Of a stretch of DNA of 64,000 bases, positions 11,901-20,882 are shown one piece after another. Below the pieces are notes generated by a model. That model saw only the letters and a list, made by a program, of their open reading frames with translations. It ran no database searches and was not told where the DNA came from. Both the position numbers and the translations under genes were made by a program. Origin of the DNA: an uncultured Verrucomicrobiae bacterium. GTDB lineage: Bacteria; Verrucomicrobiota; Verrucomicrobiia; Chthoniobacterales; UBA10450. The stretch's first letter is position 1. Each line of letters opens with the position of its first letter. The stretch lies in the NCBI GenBank assembly GCA_963735805.1, contig CAVTMK010000001.1, positions 128,001-192,000 of the forward strand, read 5' to 3'.

Positions 11901-12174
11901 GTCGGCGGACGTACCCGGCTATGCCAAAGATGGCAGGAAGAATGTGAAGATGAAAGACGGCAAGGAGAAAAACGTGCTACCCGTTTTAACGGCCGAGTAT
12001 GGCTGCAGCAATTGGCAGTGGTGGCTTAATAACACGACCATCACGCTGGGCATGCAGAACGTGCTCGACGAGGATCCGCCGTTTGTGGCTGGATCATTTG
12101 AGAACGCCTACGACGAGTCCATTGCGACCATTAAGGGCCGGTTCTGGTACGTCGGATTGAAGAAGCGTTTCTAA
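8935..12174 (+). CDS. TonB-dependent outer-membrane receptor
   Basis: VIVTGSNIP, TLVLIDGKR, LKDGASAVYGSDAISGVVN plug motif; ends GRFWYVGLKKRF. Confidence 0.93.
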   Translation: MPCSKRAHPGIYLVIVVGAFACAVRAPGQGVTPTPPTTNQSTVTTVEVIVTGSNIPTAEEVGPNPVDTYRPQDLEKLGIRNATDLQEFIPQEAGGTVNLNIGNGGDGTVQFNLHGLLPKETLVLIDGKRVAYGSLGVAGFSGGVDINLIPFPMIDHVDLLKDGASAVYGSDAISGVVNFFLIHKFRGVEIGGTYGNTNMGASNEMGEWEAWLKAGTGDDKTDIVVVADFFERTGGVFSRDRDISSNAFQIPWGGFDARSGNEPGRVIDRRLVPRLFFGQSPNGLPQIGVNTPLPHSAPNAATSPFYANPFAVNPNAYPGAPGIHNPRMTLDQTSTKYRGGGDYFFYNFAAVTPALAPEDRQVYYGSFIRDLCDKYLTVFADFKYARSFFDSSLAAVPLTPDPFHTPGTNTFFSPTGISVPISNPFNPFTVGDTTLVVNGVPVPMTTGVRFRSTNDTGTRGEKFTYWDQLFDIGLRGEMGEFGDYFRTWNCEMGFRYSRNEGQDLSLGEVSQPGLRDALLDADPATAFDPFLGINGRNSKRARQAVYITLHNSGEYELPVGYATFNGDLFSLPAGPVSFAIGGEYDAPRFTRDRDALNNTFQTIGSVDGQSFRVNRDVWGIYEEVRVPFTSPTWNLPLFYSIEVDFAEREEWFSNNTSTVLPSKLFPGLPAAHTRYNSQKPKVSLRWQPLDSKYMGAVTLRGSYTEGFRAPTLGELTPASSQVFPVVTDPFSPQTKPQIEERTIGNPLLHPEVAYEWTYGIVYSPKWIKGLTLSADWWHIDLRDIVSTLGAQFLIESNPPTPGVQQNGPFVFRGPSAVPGEAGPVTLVIDPGKNLSGAIFEGLDYEATHILDSAIFGHGDYGRLTTMINGTWLSRASFQPTATTKRFGIAGSFLPPGLALTSSLPWNRANFSIFYDGSADTWMQGLDVGAIVHWTSQYQDDNVSLTGSTKLNEPRSGGFPDFGEIRARKVSAWTTLDLILNYTFNLSPPASADVPGYAKDGRKNVKMKDGKEKNVLPVLTAEYGCSNWQWWLNNTTITLGMQNVLDEDPPFVAGSFENAYDESIATIKGRFWYVGLKKRF

Positions 12175-12420
12175 GTGGCGTGGTCAATCCTGTCTGCGAT
12201 GATCGAAGTTCGCGAGTAGGAAGCCACTTTTGGAACTCCTTGAAGGCCGCGTCAGGGCGAGACTCCGAATACGGCTGCGAATCCGACACTCTAAATCCTG
12301 TCTGAAAGACGAATTGAAGGCATTTAATTTGACCGTTCGAGCTTTTGCTGTCGTTCGAAGCAAATATTTGGGAACTTCGCTCCTTTTTTCCTGTAGGAAG
12401 TAGTGTAAAAGTTTATCTAT

Positions 12421-12957
12421 ATGTCAACTAAATCACTTCAAATAGGGTTTATCGGATTGGTTCTTTGTGCTGCGAGCGCTTGGGCTGGGCCGTCGAGCAT
12501 TCAGGGGATCGTCAAGGATGCAAAGGGACAACCGATAAAAGGCGCAGATGTTCGGATTGAGTCCAAGGACGGCCGCCAGCAGTTCACCACGGTGAAGACC
12601 GACTCAAAAGGTCGCTATATGGCACAGGGTCTGCCGGCGGGCGGCGTTTACCGCGTTACTATGGTAGTAAACGGTGCAGTCAAGGCGTCTATCACAAATA
12701 CGAAGACCAAGCCGGATCAGACGACTCAGTTGAATTTCGATCTCAAACCAGTTGCCGCCGCGCAGGCAAGCTCACAACAGAAAAAGGGAAAGAATATGGT
12801 TTGGGTGCCTGCGACTACAGGGAGCCATGTGGGTGGCCGATGGGTTGAAGTTCCCGACGGTGGTACCGACGCGGGCAATTTGAACGTCAAGAAAGTCAGC
12901 GCTGAAGAGTTGCAGCGCCAAATGCATGCCGTGGGAAACCCGAACACGGGCAATTAA
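12421..12957 (+). CDS. Secreted carboxypeptidase-regulatory-like (beta-sandwich) domain protein
   Basis: Signal peptide; IQGIVKDAKGQPIKGADV...TDSKGRY. Confidence 0.8.
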   Translation: MSTKSLQIGFIGLVLCAASAWAGPSSIQGIVKDAKGQPIKGADVRIESKDGRQQFTTVKTDSKGRYMAQGLPAGGVYRVTMVVNGAVKASITNTKTKPDQTTQLNFDLKPVAAAQASSQQKKGKNMVWVPATTGSHVGGRWVEVPDGGTDAGNLNVKKVSAEELQRQMHAVGNPNTGN

Positions 12958-13227
12958 AGATCCGCGCCCAATTCTGAAACAGTCAGTGAATTCGGCGTGC
13001 TCAATCACGCTCCGACGGAAATAGCGAAGCGTTCCGTCCGATTCCTCTGACACGACGCGGTGAGCATTGCGTCTCTTCAAAATTGGCGAGCCGTCCGCTG
13101 TGACGCTCCGGTGGAATTAGGCTAGCGAGTTTGGCCCTCACGGTGTCGTTTGCTTTCCCGGTGGCGCTGTCAGCGCACACTTTTACAGTCGAAGGAAATG
13201 TTCCTCTGAAAGATGCCGAAATCCGGT

Positions 13228-13644
13228 TCAGCCTGGGGTTTCGGTCGGTGAAAATAGCGCCTTTACCGATTCCCGCGAAAGGACAACGATCGTGAACACT
13301 CCGAGAATTGTTCCGAACGGAATGAACAGGCATTCGATGCAGGCCATCACGAATGCAAACGGGTAACGTTTGCGGAGCGCAATGGATCGGCCGGCAATCA
13401 GGATACAAATCGCCATTGCAAGTCCGATCAAGAACAACACCGAGCCGATTACAGTGAAAATCCAACCAAGAAATTCGGGGGGCAGGTCTTCGCCCGGTTT
13501 CGCGGTGCCATGCCTTGCAGCGAATATGAAGATTGTGCCGATCGTTGTATAAAGCAGTGGAAAAAGAGAAAAGAGCCCGGCCAGCCCGGCGACTACGTAA
13601 TGAAAAATCGCGAGCATTCGTAGGTGTTCCCGATCCTGGTTCAT
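13228..13644 (-). CDS. Small membrane protein
   Basis: EHLRMLAIFHY, three to four TM helices, PFGTILGVFTIVVL. Confidence 0.75.
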   Translation of the reverse strand: MNQDREHLRMLAIFHYVVAGLAGLFSLFPLLYTTIGTIFIFAARHGTAKPGEDLPPEFLGWIFTVIGSVLFLIGLAMAICILIAGRSIALRKRYPFAFVMACIECLFIPFGTILGVFTIVVLSRESVKALFSPTETPG

Positions 13645-13716
13645 TAGCTAAAGGGTCCGGCTAAAAGATCGCGTGATTCGGTATTCGTAAACATAGAATC
13701 GGGCAACTGAACACGA

Positions 13717-15186
13717 TCACGACGTGATATAGCCCTCCTCGCCATGCTGATTGATATCGAGACCTTGGCGCTCGATTTCCGGCGCGATGCGCAGGCCAAT
13801 CAATCGCCTGACAATGGCGCCGATGATTGCGCTGCCTACTACCGCCAACACAATCGTGATGCCGATGGCTTTTAATTGCTCCACCCACAAAGTGTGTCCC
13901 ACAATTCTTGCGAGACCGTTTCGCGTTGCAGGACTGGGCGGTCCGGTGACGGTTAATAAAAGATTTGGATTCACGCTGGCAGTCGCTAGCAAACCAGTTA
14001 GGAACGCGCCAAGCGTTCCGCCCACTGCGTGGATGCCAAAAGTATCGAGCGCGTCATCGTAACCGAGCCACGATTTCAATTTGGTGCATGCGAAAAACGG
14101 GACGATTCCTGCAGCAATTCCAATAATCACTGCGCCACTCGGAGCGACATACCCGCAAGCCGGTGTAATTACCACGAGGCCGCCGACTGCGCCGGAACAA
14201 AAACCGAGCACACTGGGTTTTCCGCGCAGCGCATACTCGAGCATCGCCCAAGTGAACGAGGCCACTGCGGTGGCAAGTGTAGTGCTCATAAATGCGTTCG
14301 CCGCGATTCCATCCGGCGCGAGCGCGCTTCCAGCGTTGAAGCCGTACCAGCCCACCCACAGCAAACCCGTTCCCACCATGCAAAGCACCATGCTGTGCGG
14401 GGCCATGATCTCTTTCCTGAATCCAAGCCGGTGCCCGAGTAAAATGCACAAAACGAGCGCCGACCAACCTGAGGTCATGTGGACGACAGTTCCCCCGGCA
14501 AAATCAATGGCTCTAATCCTTGCAGAAGGGTTCCACACTCCATTCATCCAGCCATCGATTCCCCAGACCATGTGCGCTATGGGAAAGTAGACCGCGAACA
14601 TCCAGGCTCCGACAAAAACGAGCACAGCCGCAAATTTCATTCGCTCGGCGACCGCACCGATGATTAACGCCGGTGTGATAATCGCGAACATGAGTTGATA
14701 CATCGCGAAAACATTCTGCGAAACCCAGTACGAATAATCACCGTTCGGTCGTCCATCGACTCCGTGCAGAAAGGCAAACTTGAATCCCCCGATGAACGGC
14801 GACCCAGAGGAAAAAACGAGCGAATAACCTATTAGCCACCAGAGAATCGTCACCAAGCCGGCAATGCCGAGACACTGCGCTAATACCGAAAGAACGTTCT
14901 TCGCGCGGACGAGACCACCGTAAAACAACGCAAGCCCTGGCAGTGTCATAAAAAGAACCAGCGCGGCGCAGGTCATCATCCAGGCATTGCTCGCGGGGCC
15001 GGGACCCGAAATATTTGATGCTACCGACGTGTTCGCGGCATCGGCGCCACGACCCGAATTGTTCACGTAAGCTTCTAAGTCGGCGACGCGCTGCTGCAGA
15101 GACGGTGAAGCAGAAGGTAAAGATGTCTGCGCGCGTATTGGAGAAGAAAACGCAATGATTGCTGTGAGCAAAAAGACACGCATCAT
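13717..15186 (-). CDS. amtB: Ammonium transporter
   Basis: PGLALFYGG, DFAGGTVVH, GWYGFNAGS, DDALDTFGIH, GLDINQHGE. Confidence 0.96.
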   Translation of the reverse strand: MMRVFLLTAIIAFSSPIRAQTSLPSASPSLQQRVADLEAYVNNSGRGADAANTSVASNISGPGPASNAWMMTCAALVLFMTLPGLALFYGGLVRAKNVLSVLAQCLGIAGLVTILWWLIGYSLVFSSGSPFIGGFKFAFLHGVDGRPNGDYSYWVSQNVFAMYQLMFAIITPALIIGAVAERMKFAAVLVFVGAWMFAVYFPIAHMVWGIDGWMNGVWNPSARIRAIDFAGGTVVHMTSGWSALVLCILLGHRLGFRKEIMAPHSMVLCMVGTGLLWVGWYGFNAGSALAPDGIAANAFMSTTLATAVASFTWAMLEYALRGKPSVLGFCSGAVGGLVVITPACGYVAPSGAVIIGIAAGIVPFFACTKLKSWLGYDDALDTFGIHAVGGTLGAFLTGLLATASVNPNLLLTVTGPPSPATRNGLARIVGHTLWVEQLKAIGITIVLAVVGSAIIGAIVRRLIGLRIAPEIERQGLDINQHGEEGYITS

Positions 15187-15311
15187 TACGCGCCCTTCGT
15201 TATAACGCGCGGGTTGAGCACGGCAAGAAAAATGCCATCGCGCGAGTTTACACCGTGGTCGCGTCGCTATATCGAGGCGTTCTCGCCGCGCCTCTATGAA
15301 AATATTCGCGG

Positions 15312-15372
15312 AAAAGGAAAACTCCGCCGAAGCGGGCTGGCCAGGCCAGGTTAAGGCGCTCGACGGAGTTTC
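15312..15372 (-). terminator. Probable intrinsic terminator after the PDZ gene
   Basis: AAACTCCG/CGGAGTTT stem followed by TCCTTTT on the minus strand. Confidence 0.45.
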
Positions 15373-15411
15373 TCCTCAGCCTCAAGTTCGCAAACGTTTA
15401 GTTTGCATGCT

Positions 15412-16470
15412 TCAAGCTTCCGTTTTTGAGGTACTTACTTCGCGATCAACCACATACCATTGAATGCACGGCGGCGCGCAGACCGTGTCGGTGGATTGCG
15501 GTGCGTCGTCATCTCCATCGTCATCGTCCTCATCCTCTTGATCGGTATCTGTTCCGGGCGCGACCGTCGGCAGATCATTTTGCTGTAATTTTTCGTAACG
15601 CTCACGAACATCAGCCGGCATTTTATCCCGATCCTCTTTTGTCTCGACTGATCCGCTAAAGAGCAATTTCCCCTGCGGGTCCTTGGCGGTAACTACTTTT
15701 TTTCCATCCAAATTTTCCAGTTTCATCTCACCTTTGTCATCGGAGAAAACGATTTGCGCGTTGCCAAGGTCGATCCTGGTGGCCTTGAGTGTCCCATTGT
15801 CTTTACTCAGAATGCGAATGTCCCGCGCGGCACGGCGGGCATTCTCCCGCGCTTGCCTCGCCGCCTCGTGGGCTTTCATCACCGCTCCCCGGATTGCGCC
15901 GCGTTGTGCGCCGAGTTGCTCCTTTAACTGTTCTTTCAAATCCTGCATCTGGTCGCCCAGATCACCCACATCATCGACATCCCAATCCCAATCGTGTTTG
16001 TCGCCTGGACTCCAAGAGTGACGCTGTGGTCTTTCTTTTTTTGAGAGCTTGACGGTAATCTTTTGCTCCTGTCCTTTGCGCAAGACCGTGAGGGTCACCT
16101 CCGTTCCATCAGAAAACGTCTGCAGGAGTTTCCTTAATTGGCTCGGTTCGATCAAAATCTGGTCGTTCAGCATCTTTAGAATGTCATTCTGCTGAACGCC
16201 CGCCGCAGCGGCAGGGCTGTCCGGCACAACGTACTCGACGACTAGCCCGAGTCCTTTGGCCAAGCCAAGCTGTTCGCTGACCACGGTCGGCACTTGCGAT
16301 GTTTCCACCCCTAGAAATATCGCGGGCACCTTCGGTGCTTTCTCATGGCCGCCCGGCGCGGGAGGATGTGGCGGAGCAGGAGGCTGCAGCGGCGCCGGTG
16401 GCGTCTGCGAAAAGCCTGTGATCGGCAAGAAGGCGATGGCTGTTGCGGTAACGATTGATTTTATCTTCAT
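15412..16470 (-). CDS. Secreted PDZ-domain protein
   Basis: Signal peptide; FLGV...VVPDSPAAAAGVQQNDIL...VLRKGQ; acidic tail. Confidence 0.85.
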   Translation of the reverse strand: MKIKSIVTATAIAFLPITGFSQTPPAPLQPPAPPHPPAPGGHEKAPKVPAIFLGVETSQVPTVVSEQLGLAKGLGLVVEYVVPDSPAAAAGVQQNDILKMLNDQILIEPSQLRKLLQTFSDGTEVTLTVLRKGQEQKITVKLSKKERPQRHSWSPGDKHDWDWDVDDVGDLGDQMQDLKEQLKEQLGAQRGAIRGAVMKAHEAARQARENARRAARDIRILSKDNGTLKATRIDLGNAQIVFSDDKGEMKLENLDGKKVVTAKDPQGKLLFSGSVETKEDRDKMPADVRERYEKLQQNDLPTVAPGTDTDQEDEDDDDGDDDAPQSTDTVCAPPCIQWYVVDREVSTSKTEA

Positions 16471-16488
16471 AGTTGGTTTTTGGTTAAA

Positions 16489-17043
16489 TCATTGTCCGGA
16501 AACCGGGATGAGGACGACTTCTTCGCTGGGATAGGACACGCGAAGCGATGCGCCCGTCGTCGGGTTACGCCATTGCCATGTCTGTTGCGTTTGATAACGA
16601 ACGCGCCGCAACGGTTGCCTTGAGCCGTCGCCAAACTGCAAACCCTCGTCGCGCTCATTATAGACAACCTGCGTCGCGGCAGTGGGAACGAATCTATTGG
16701 AGGAGGCCGAGCCTTGAGCCCTGGGCCTCCCAGACAAGCCAGGGATTACCCTTGTCGCTTCGGACTGACGCGGAACTTGTGCGATTTCTTTCCCTTCGTT
16801 TTGCGTTTGCTCGGTGTTGATCCGCGCGAGCAACAGAACGAGCGCAGCGGCGGCGGCCGCCAGGCCAATACCAAATCTTAAGGGTTTCCCTGTGAAGAGC
16901 CGCCAATTCCATCTGGTATCCGCATCGTTGGCAGCGTTGCGATCTTCATCCATCGCTTCGTCGATCCGCTCAAAAAGTACAGGCGAAGGACGCGCCGGTC
17001 GCAACGCTCTCAAATCATTCTCAAGGTCGGAGAGATCGTTCAT
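16489..17043 (-). CDS. Putative anti-sigma factor
   Basis: LENDLRALRPARPS N-terminus, single TM helix, overlaps the sigma stop codon. Confidence 0.7.
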   Translation of the reverse strand: MNDLSDLENDLRALRPARPSPVLFERIDEAMDEDRNAANDADTRWNWRLFTGKPLRFGIGLAAAAAALVLLLARINTEQTQNEGKEIAQVPRQSEATRVIPGLSGRPRAQGSASSNRFVPTAATQVVYNERDEGLQFGDGSRQPLRRVRYQTQQTWQWRNPTTGASLRVSYPSEEVVLIPVSGQ

Positions 17044-17531
17044 TGGGGTTGCAAGCTTTTCTTCAGGTTGGCCAGGGCGTATCGGTACCTCGATGCCGCG
17101 GTATTCTGCGAAATGCCAAGTGCGCCGGCGATTTCGCTAAAAGTGAGTTCGTTCCAGATCTTCAAGACGAGCACCTCGCGTTGGTCACGTGGCAAACAGC
17201 CGACTGCCGCAGCGAGTACCGATTGCGCCTCATCTTCCCAGTCAAACTGCGGCTCAACACTTGGATCGGCCTCGGCAAACGCAGTGGCCTCGCGTCGAGC
17301 GCGGCGTTTGTCGCGACGAATAAAATCGAGGGCGATCGAACGCACAGTGGCGTAAAGCAGTGCGCGGTTGTTAATTTCGTGGTTCCGGCGCCAGAACTTG
17401 ACGAAAGCTTCCTGGACGATGTCTTCGGCATCAGCTGCCGATCGGGTCCATTGCCGGGCAAAAAGCAGCAAACCGGGACCCATTTCTGAAAAGCAGCTCT
17501 TCCAATCCTCATGGCAGGCGATGTTGTCCAT
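17040..17531 (-). CDS. ECF sigma-70 factor
   Basis: DAEDIVQEAF, LPRDQREVLVLKIW, TFSEIA, NTAASRYRYAL; start set at MDNIAC. Confidence 0.9.
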   Translation of the reverse strand: MDNIACHEDWKSCFSEMGPGLLLFARQWTRSAADAEDIVQEAFVKFWRRNHEINNRALLYATVRSIALDFIRRDKRRARREATAFAEADPSVEPQFDWEDEAQSVLAAAVGCLPRDQREVLVLKIWNELTFSEIAGALGISQNTAASRYRYALANLKKSLQPQ

Positions 17532-17583
17532 GACCTTTTCACGGTCTTTATTTCCAAGACGCCGCCAGCCTGGGAATTTGTCT

Positions 17584-17886
17584 ACGCCATCGAGACTTTT
17601 CTCGTTCATAACATTGCAGGTCGTCGCAGCAGCAGCGGACGGAGAAGATGTCGATCTCGAAAAAGCTGTTGATTCACTCATCGCTACGGAAAAAGCCTTC
17701 ACCAGACGTGCCGGGAAAAAATCTCGCGACGCCTGTGTCTCTATTCTTGCCGACGATGCGTTAATCTTCCCACCTAACGCAGTCAACGGAAAAAGTTTTA
17801 GCGGAAACGTACGGCTAAAGTCCTATGGGCTGGTTGGACGATCGGTTATAGAATCCACGCCAAAAATGGTTCTGGATCCGGCGTAG
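17584..17886 (+). pseudogene. Truncated remnant of a secreted NTF2-like/DUF4440 protein
   Basis: AVDSLIATEKAF...RDACVSILADDALIFPPNAVNGK resembles this family's N-terminus; ACG at the expected start; similarity lost afterwards. Confidence 0.5.
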
Positions 17887-17967
17887 GACGCTTCTTCCTC
17901 AAGCTTCGTCTCGTTTTCAGACCTGCACTCAACAGGGGCAATCAGCAGTGAAAAAAGAAAGCCTATA

Positions 17968-19542
17968 ATGAATAAGTTGAAGTCATCGATTCGAACATTT
18001 ACGGCGCTCTTTCTTGGCTTTTTGGCCCTTTCTCTTTGCTATTCAGGAGCTGTTTCGCACGGTAGTTCACCGTCTTCGAACTCGCCCAGTGTGACGGTGC
18101 TGAATACGCATTTCTACCCGACTTTTGGAAACCCCGCTAAAGCGCTGGTTACGGATGATGACGCTTATGTGCTCGTCTCAGTAAATCAGCCACCCGCGCC
18201 AACTCCGTGCGCCGGGAGCCCCACCCCGGCAGCAACCCCCACTGAGAATTTCACGGGTCTCCAGGTTTTCGAAAAACCTTGTTACACGAATCCATGTAAC
18301 AGCCGGCAAATTATTAATTTCCCGTCGCCGACCATTCGCGAAGAGCCCGTGAAAGCGGTTTATGGCATGCAATTTTTTCCGGGCTCGCCGCAAGTCAGTG
18401 TTGGGGCTGCTGTCGAGGCACTGGGCACTGAATTTTTTCGTCTGGCTAGTTTGAACGAACCATGTGGCATGGACAACGTTCGACATGTTCAACAAAAACC
18501 TGTGGTCCCGAACTGCCCTGGTGGTCTTTGCCCACCCGGTAGTTTTGATCTGGCCGTCACGCCTGACGGAGAATATGCATTTGTTGCAAATGAGTATGGG
18601 ACGCTGCCCAGCCCCACACCACCAGATCTAATTGGAGGGGGAACGATAGGGGTCATCAAGGTTGAACGCGACGCTGCCGGTAGATTTACGCGTAACACAC
18701 GGGCGATCCACACCATTTACGTCCCGGGGGGTAGCACAATCCCCGGAATAACCATGTCGCATGATGGAAGGCATCTTTATGTCACGTGCGAAGGATCTTC
18801 AGACGGTGAGGAAATGGGAGAATGGTATCGGGATCCAACTAACTTCCGAAGCACCCCAAACAGTGTGGTCCTCTGCCCAGGTTGCGACAAGGCCGACAGG
18901 ACTTATCCGTATGGCTTCAAAAGGTGCGATAACAAATCAAATGGTGGGGGAGAAAACAATGGCCTGCTAGTGGTAATCGATGTTGGCAAGGCGATAGCCG
19001 GGGACCCGGACGCGATCACGACCAGAATTGCCTCCGGATGTTCCCCAGTTCGGGCAGTCGAGACGGCAGACGGTCGATATGTTTTCGTCGCAGCTCGTGG
19101 TCGAAATAAACTATTGCCTACGCCGCTGGGTACCAGTGGCTACCAGATTTTAGCCTTCGATGCCGAAGAGTTGATATCGAATTCGCCAAACAACGCGTTC
19201 CTTGGGTATGGGGACAGTGGCGGCACAGCTCCCGTAGGTCTCGCGTTATTTGGTACCAACGACAGTCTGCTGGCCGTGGCAAATTCCAACCGGTATTATT
19301 ATGAGACCGTTTGCTCGGCGAACCCGGCAGATTGCACCGCCAGCGTGGCGATTTTAGATGTTAGCAACCCGGCGGCGCCTACCGTGCAACAAATTGTTCG
19401 TAATCCAGATAATCCAAATTCAAGCGCCTTTCCGCGCGACGTAACGATCGGACCAGATGGCTCTACCATCTATGTGCCGAATTTTAACGCAAACTTTCTG
19501 GAAGTGATCACAACGAACGCGGGCACGCCACAATCTCAGTAG
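17968..19542 (+). CDS. Secreted Cys-rich beta-propeller (YncE-like) protein
   Basis: Signal peptide; blades AVTPDGEYAFVANE, MSHDGRHLYV, TADGRYVFV, IGPDGSTIYV. Confidence 0.8.
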   Translation: MNKLKSSIRTFTALFLGFLALSLCYSGAVSHGSSPSSNSPSVTVLNTHFYPTFGNPAKALVTDDDAYVLVSVNQPPAPTPCAGSPTPAATPTENFTGLQVFEKPCYTNPCNSRQIINFPSPTIREEPVKAVYGMQFFPGSPQVSVGAAVEALGTEFFRLASLNEPCGMDNVRHVQQKPVVPNCPGGLCPPGSFDLAVTPDGEYAFVANEYGTLPSPTPPDLIGGGTIGVIKVERDAAGRFTRNTRAIHTIYVPGGSTIPGITMSHDGRHLYVTCEGSSDGEEMGEWYRDPTNFRSTPNSVVLCPGCDKADRTYPYGFKRCDNKSNGGGENNGLLVVIDVGKAIAGDPDAITTRIASGCSPVRAVETADGRYVFVAARGRNKLLPTPLGTSGYQILAFDAEELISNSPNNAFLGYGDSGGTAPVGLALFGTNDSLLAVANSNRYYYETVCSANPADCTASVAILDVSNPAAPTVQQIVRNPDNPNSSAFPRDVTIGPDGSTIYVPNFNANFLEVITTNAGTPQSQ

Positions 19543-19615
19543 CGAGCTTTCGAATGCTCGAGTTGACGAACCGACCCACGCCAGGAACGGAATCTGACAC
19601 CACGCTACAACAATC

Positions 19616-20746
19616 CTATTTTGGCGACACAGTTGGCAACGCTCGCAGAATCAAATTTCCCAGCCAATCCGGGTTCGCTACGCCTTCGCGGTATGCTCGG
19701 AGTGCTTCGACGGAAGAGTTCACGCGCAGGTTGCTGTAAGATCCATCGGCGTTTTGCCAGCGCTCATGCCAGTAAATCGCTGCCTTGATTCGCGGATAAC
19801 GCGTTCGAAATAGCTTAAGCCCGTGCCTGATCCATTCGGCCTTGCTCACCCCGCCGCCCTCCGCCGAATGCGGGAACTCACCCGTCGCCCACTCAGCGAT
19901 CATAATCGGTTTATGCGGATCGAGTCTGCTTATCTCCTCGTATGGCCAGTCGACCAGCGAAGGAATGTCCGGGTTTGGCTCGTCCTTATATTGCTGACCG
20001 TAAACGCTCAGGCCGAGCCAATCGACGTAATCGGATCCGGGGTAATACGCTGGCGCGCAGTTCCAGGTTTCGTACGGATAGGGATAGTTATTCGTGTGAA
20101 ACATCCATTTGATATTTGAAGCGCCCCGCGCCCGGGCGCGATCAACGACGTAGCGAAATGCTTTACGGAAGGTCTCCGGACCTTTCCAACTGTTTTTGTC
20201 TTTCTCCCACTGGCCACCGCCGTAATAAGCTCCAGACCACGGAAACCAAGTGCCATTCATTTCGACGCCGAACACGACGATCATCGGATGACCAAAATTC
20301 CGAGCGGCGTCGGCCCACTTGTCGATGTACGCATCCCATCTGCCGGCAAGGATCTCGGTCAAACTAAACTTGTCCGGCCCATGATCTTCTTCATACGGTT
20401 TGTCCCACGGCGACCAAAACACTAGCGGCAGTGATCCGTGCCGCCAGATGACATTGAGATTTCCTATCGGAAAATTTTGTTCTCCCCAGTAACTGGACGA
20501 AGCGATGATGGCTTGGTGTTTGCCGACCATTTTCTCGAAATCCTCGATTGTTTCCAGAGTGACGTCGTCCTCCTCGTCGCCAAAATCCATGAATGCGCCG
20601 GTGTATGCACCATGTTCGGGAATTACAACCTCGACCGGTCCGTTTGGATCAAGATGTTGAACTGCGGCGCCCCGGCGGCATCCGGTTAGAACAAAGCTCG
20701 CCGCCATCAGTGCAACAACGGATGTGAAAATTGCATAAGCACGCAT
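19616..20746 (-). CDS. Glycoside hydrolase family 26-like lipoprotein
   Basis: Lipobox LTGC; EMNGTWFPW, YYPGSDYVDWLGLSVY, KPIMIAEW. Confidence 0.85.
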   Translation of the reverse strand: MRAYAIFTSVVALMAASFVLTGCRRGAAVQHLDPNGPVEVVIPEHGAYTGAFMDFGDEEDDVTLETIEDFEKMVGKHQAIIASSSYWGEQNFPIGNLNVIWRHGSLPLVFWSPWDKPYEEDHGPDKFSLTEILAGRWDAYIDKWADAARNFGHPMIVVFGVEMNGTWFPWSGAYYGGGQWEKDKNSWKGPETFRKAFRYVVDRARARGASNIKWMFHTNNYPYPYETWNCAPAYYPGSDYVDWLGLSVYGQQYKDEPNPDIPSLVDWPYEEISRLDPHKPIMIAEWATGEFPHSAEGGGVSKAEWIRHGLKLFRTRYPRIKAAIYWHERWQNADGSYSNLRVNSSVEALRAYREGVANPDWLGNLILRALPTVSPK

Positions 20747-20882
20747 CGAGCGCGCAAGTTCTCCAAAAAAGAGCGAAGTGTCCAGCGGCGCCAGTCCATT
20801 ACTCCATCTGGCCGACGGAATTTCGTTGACCGAAGAAGCCCAGATATGAGAAGAATTACGAAACCTCCAGCGGAGACAAGAA

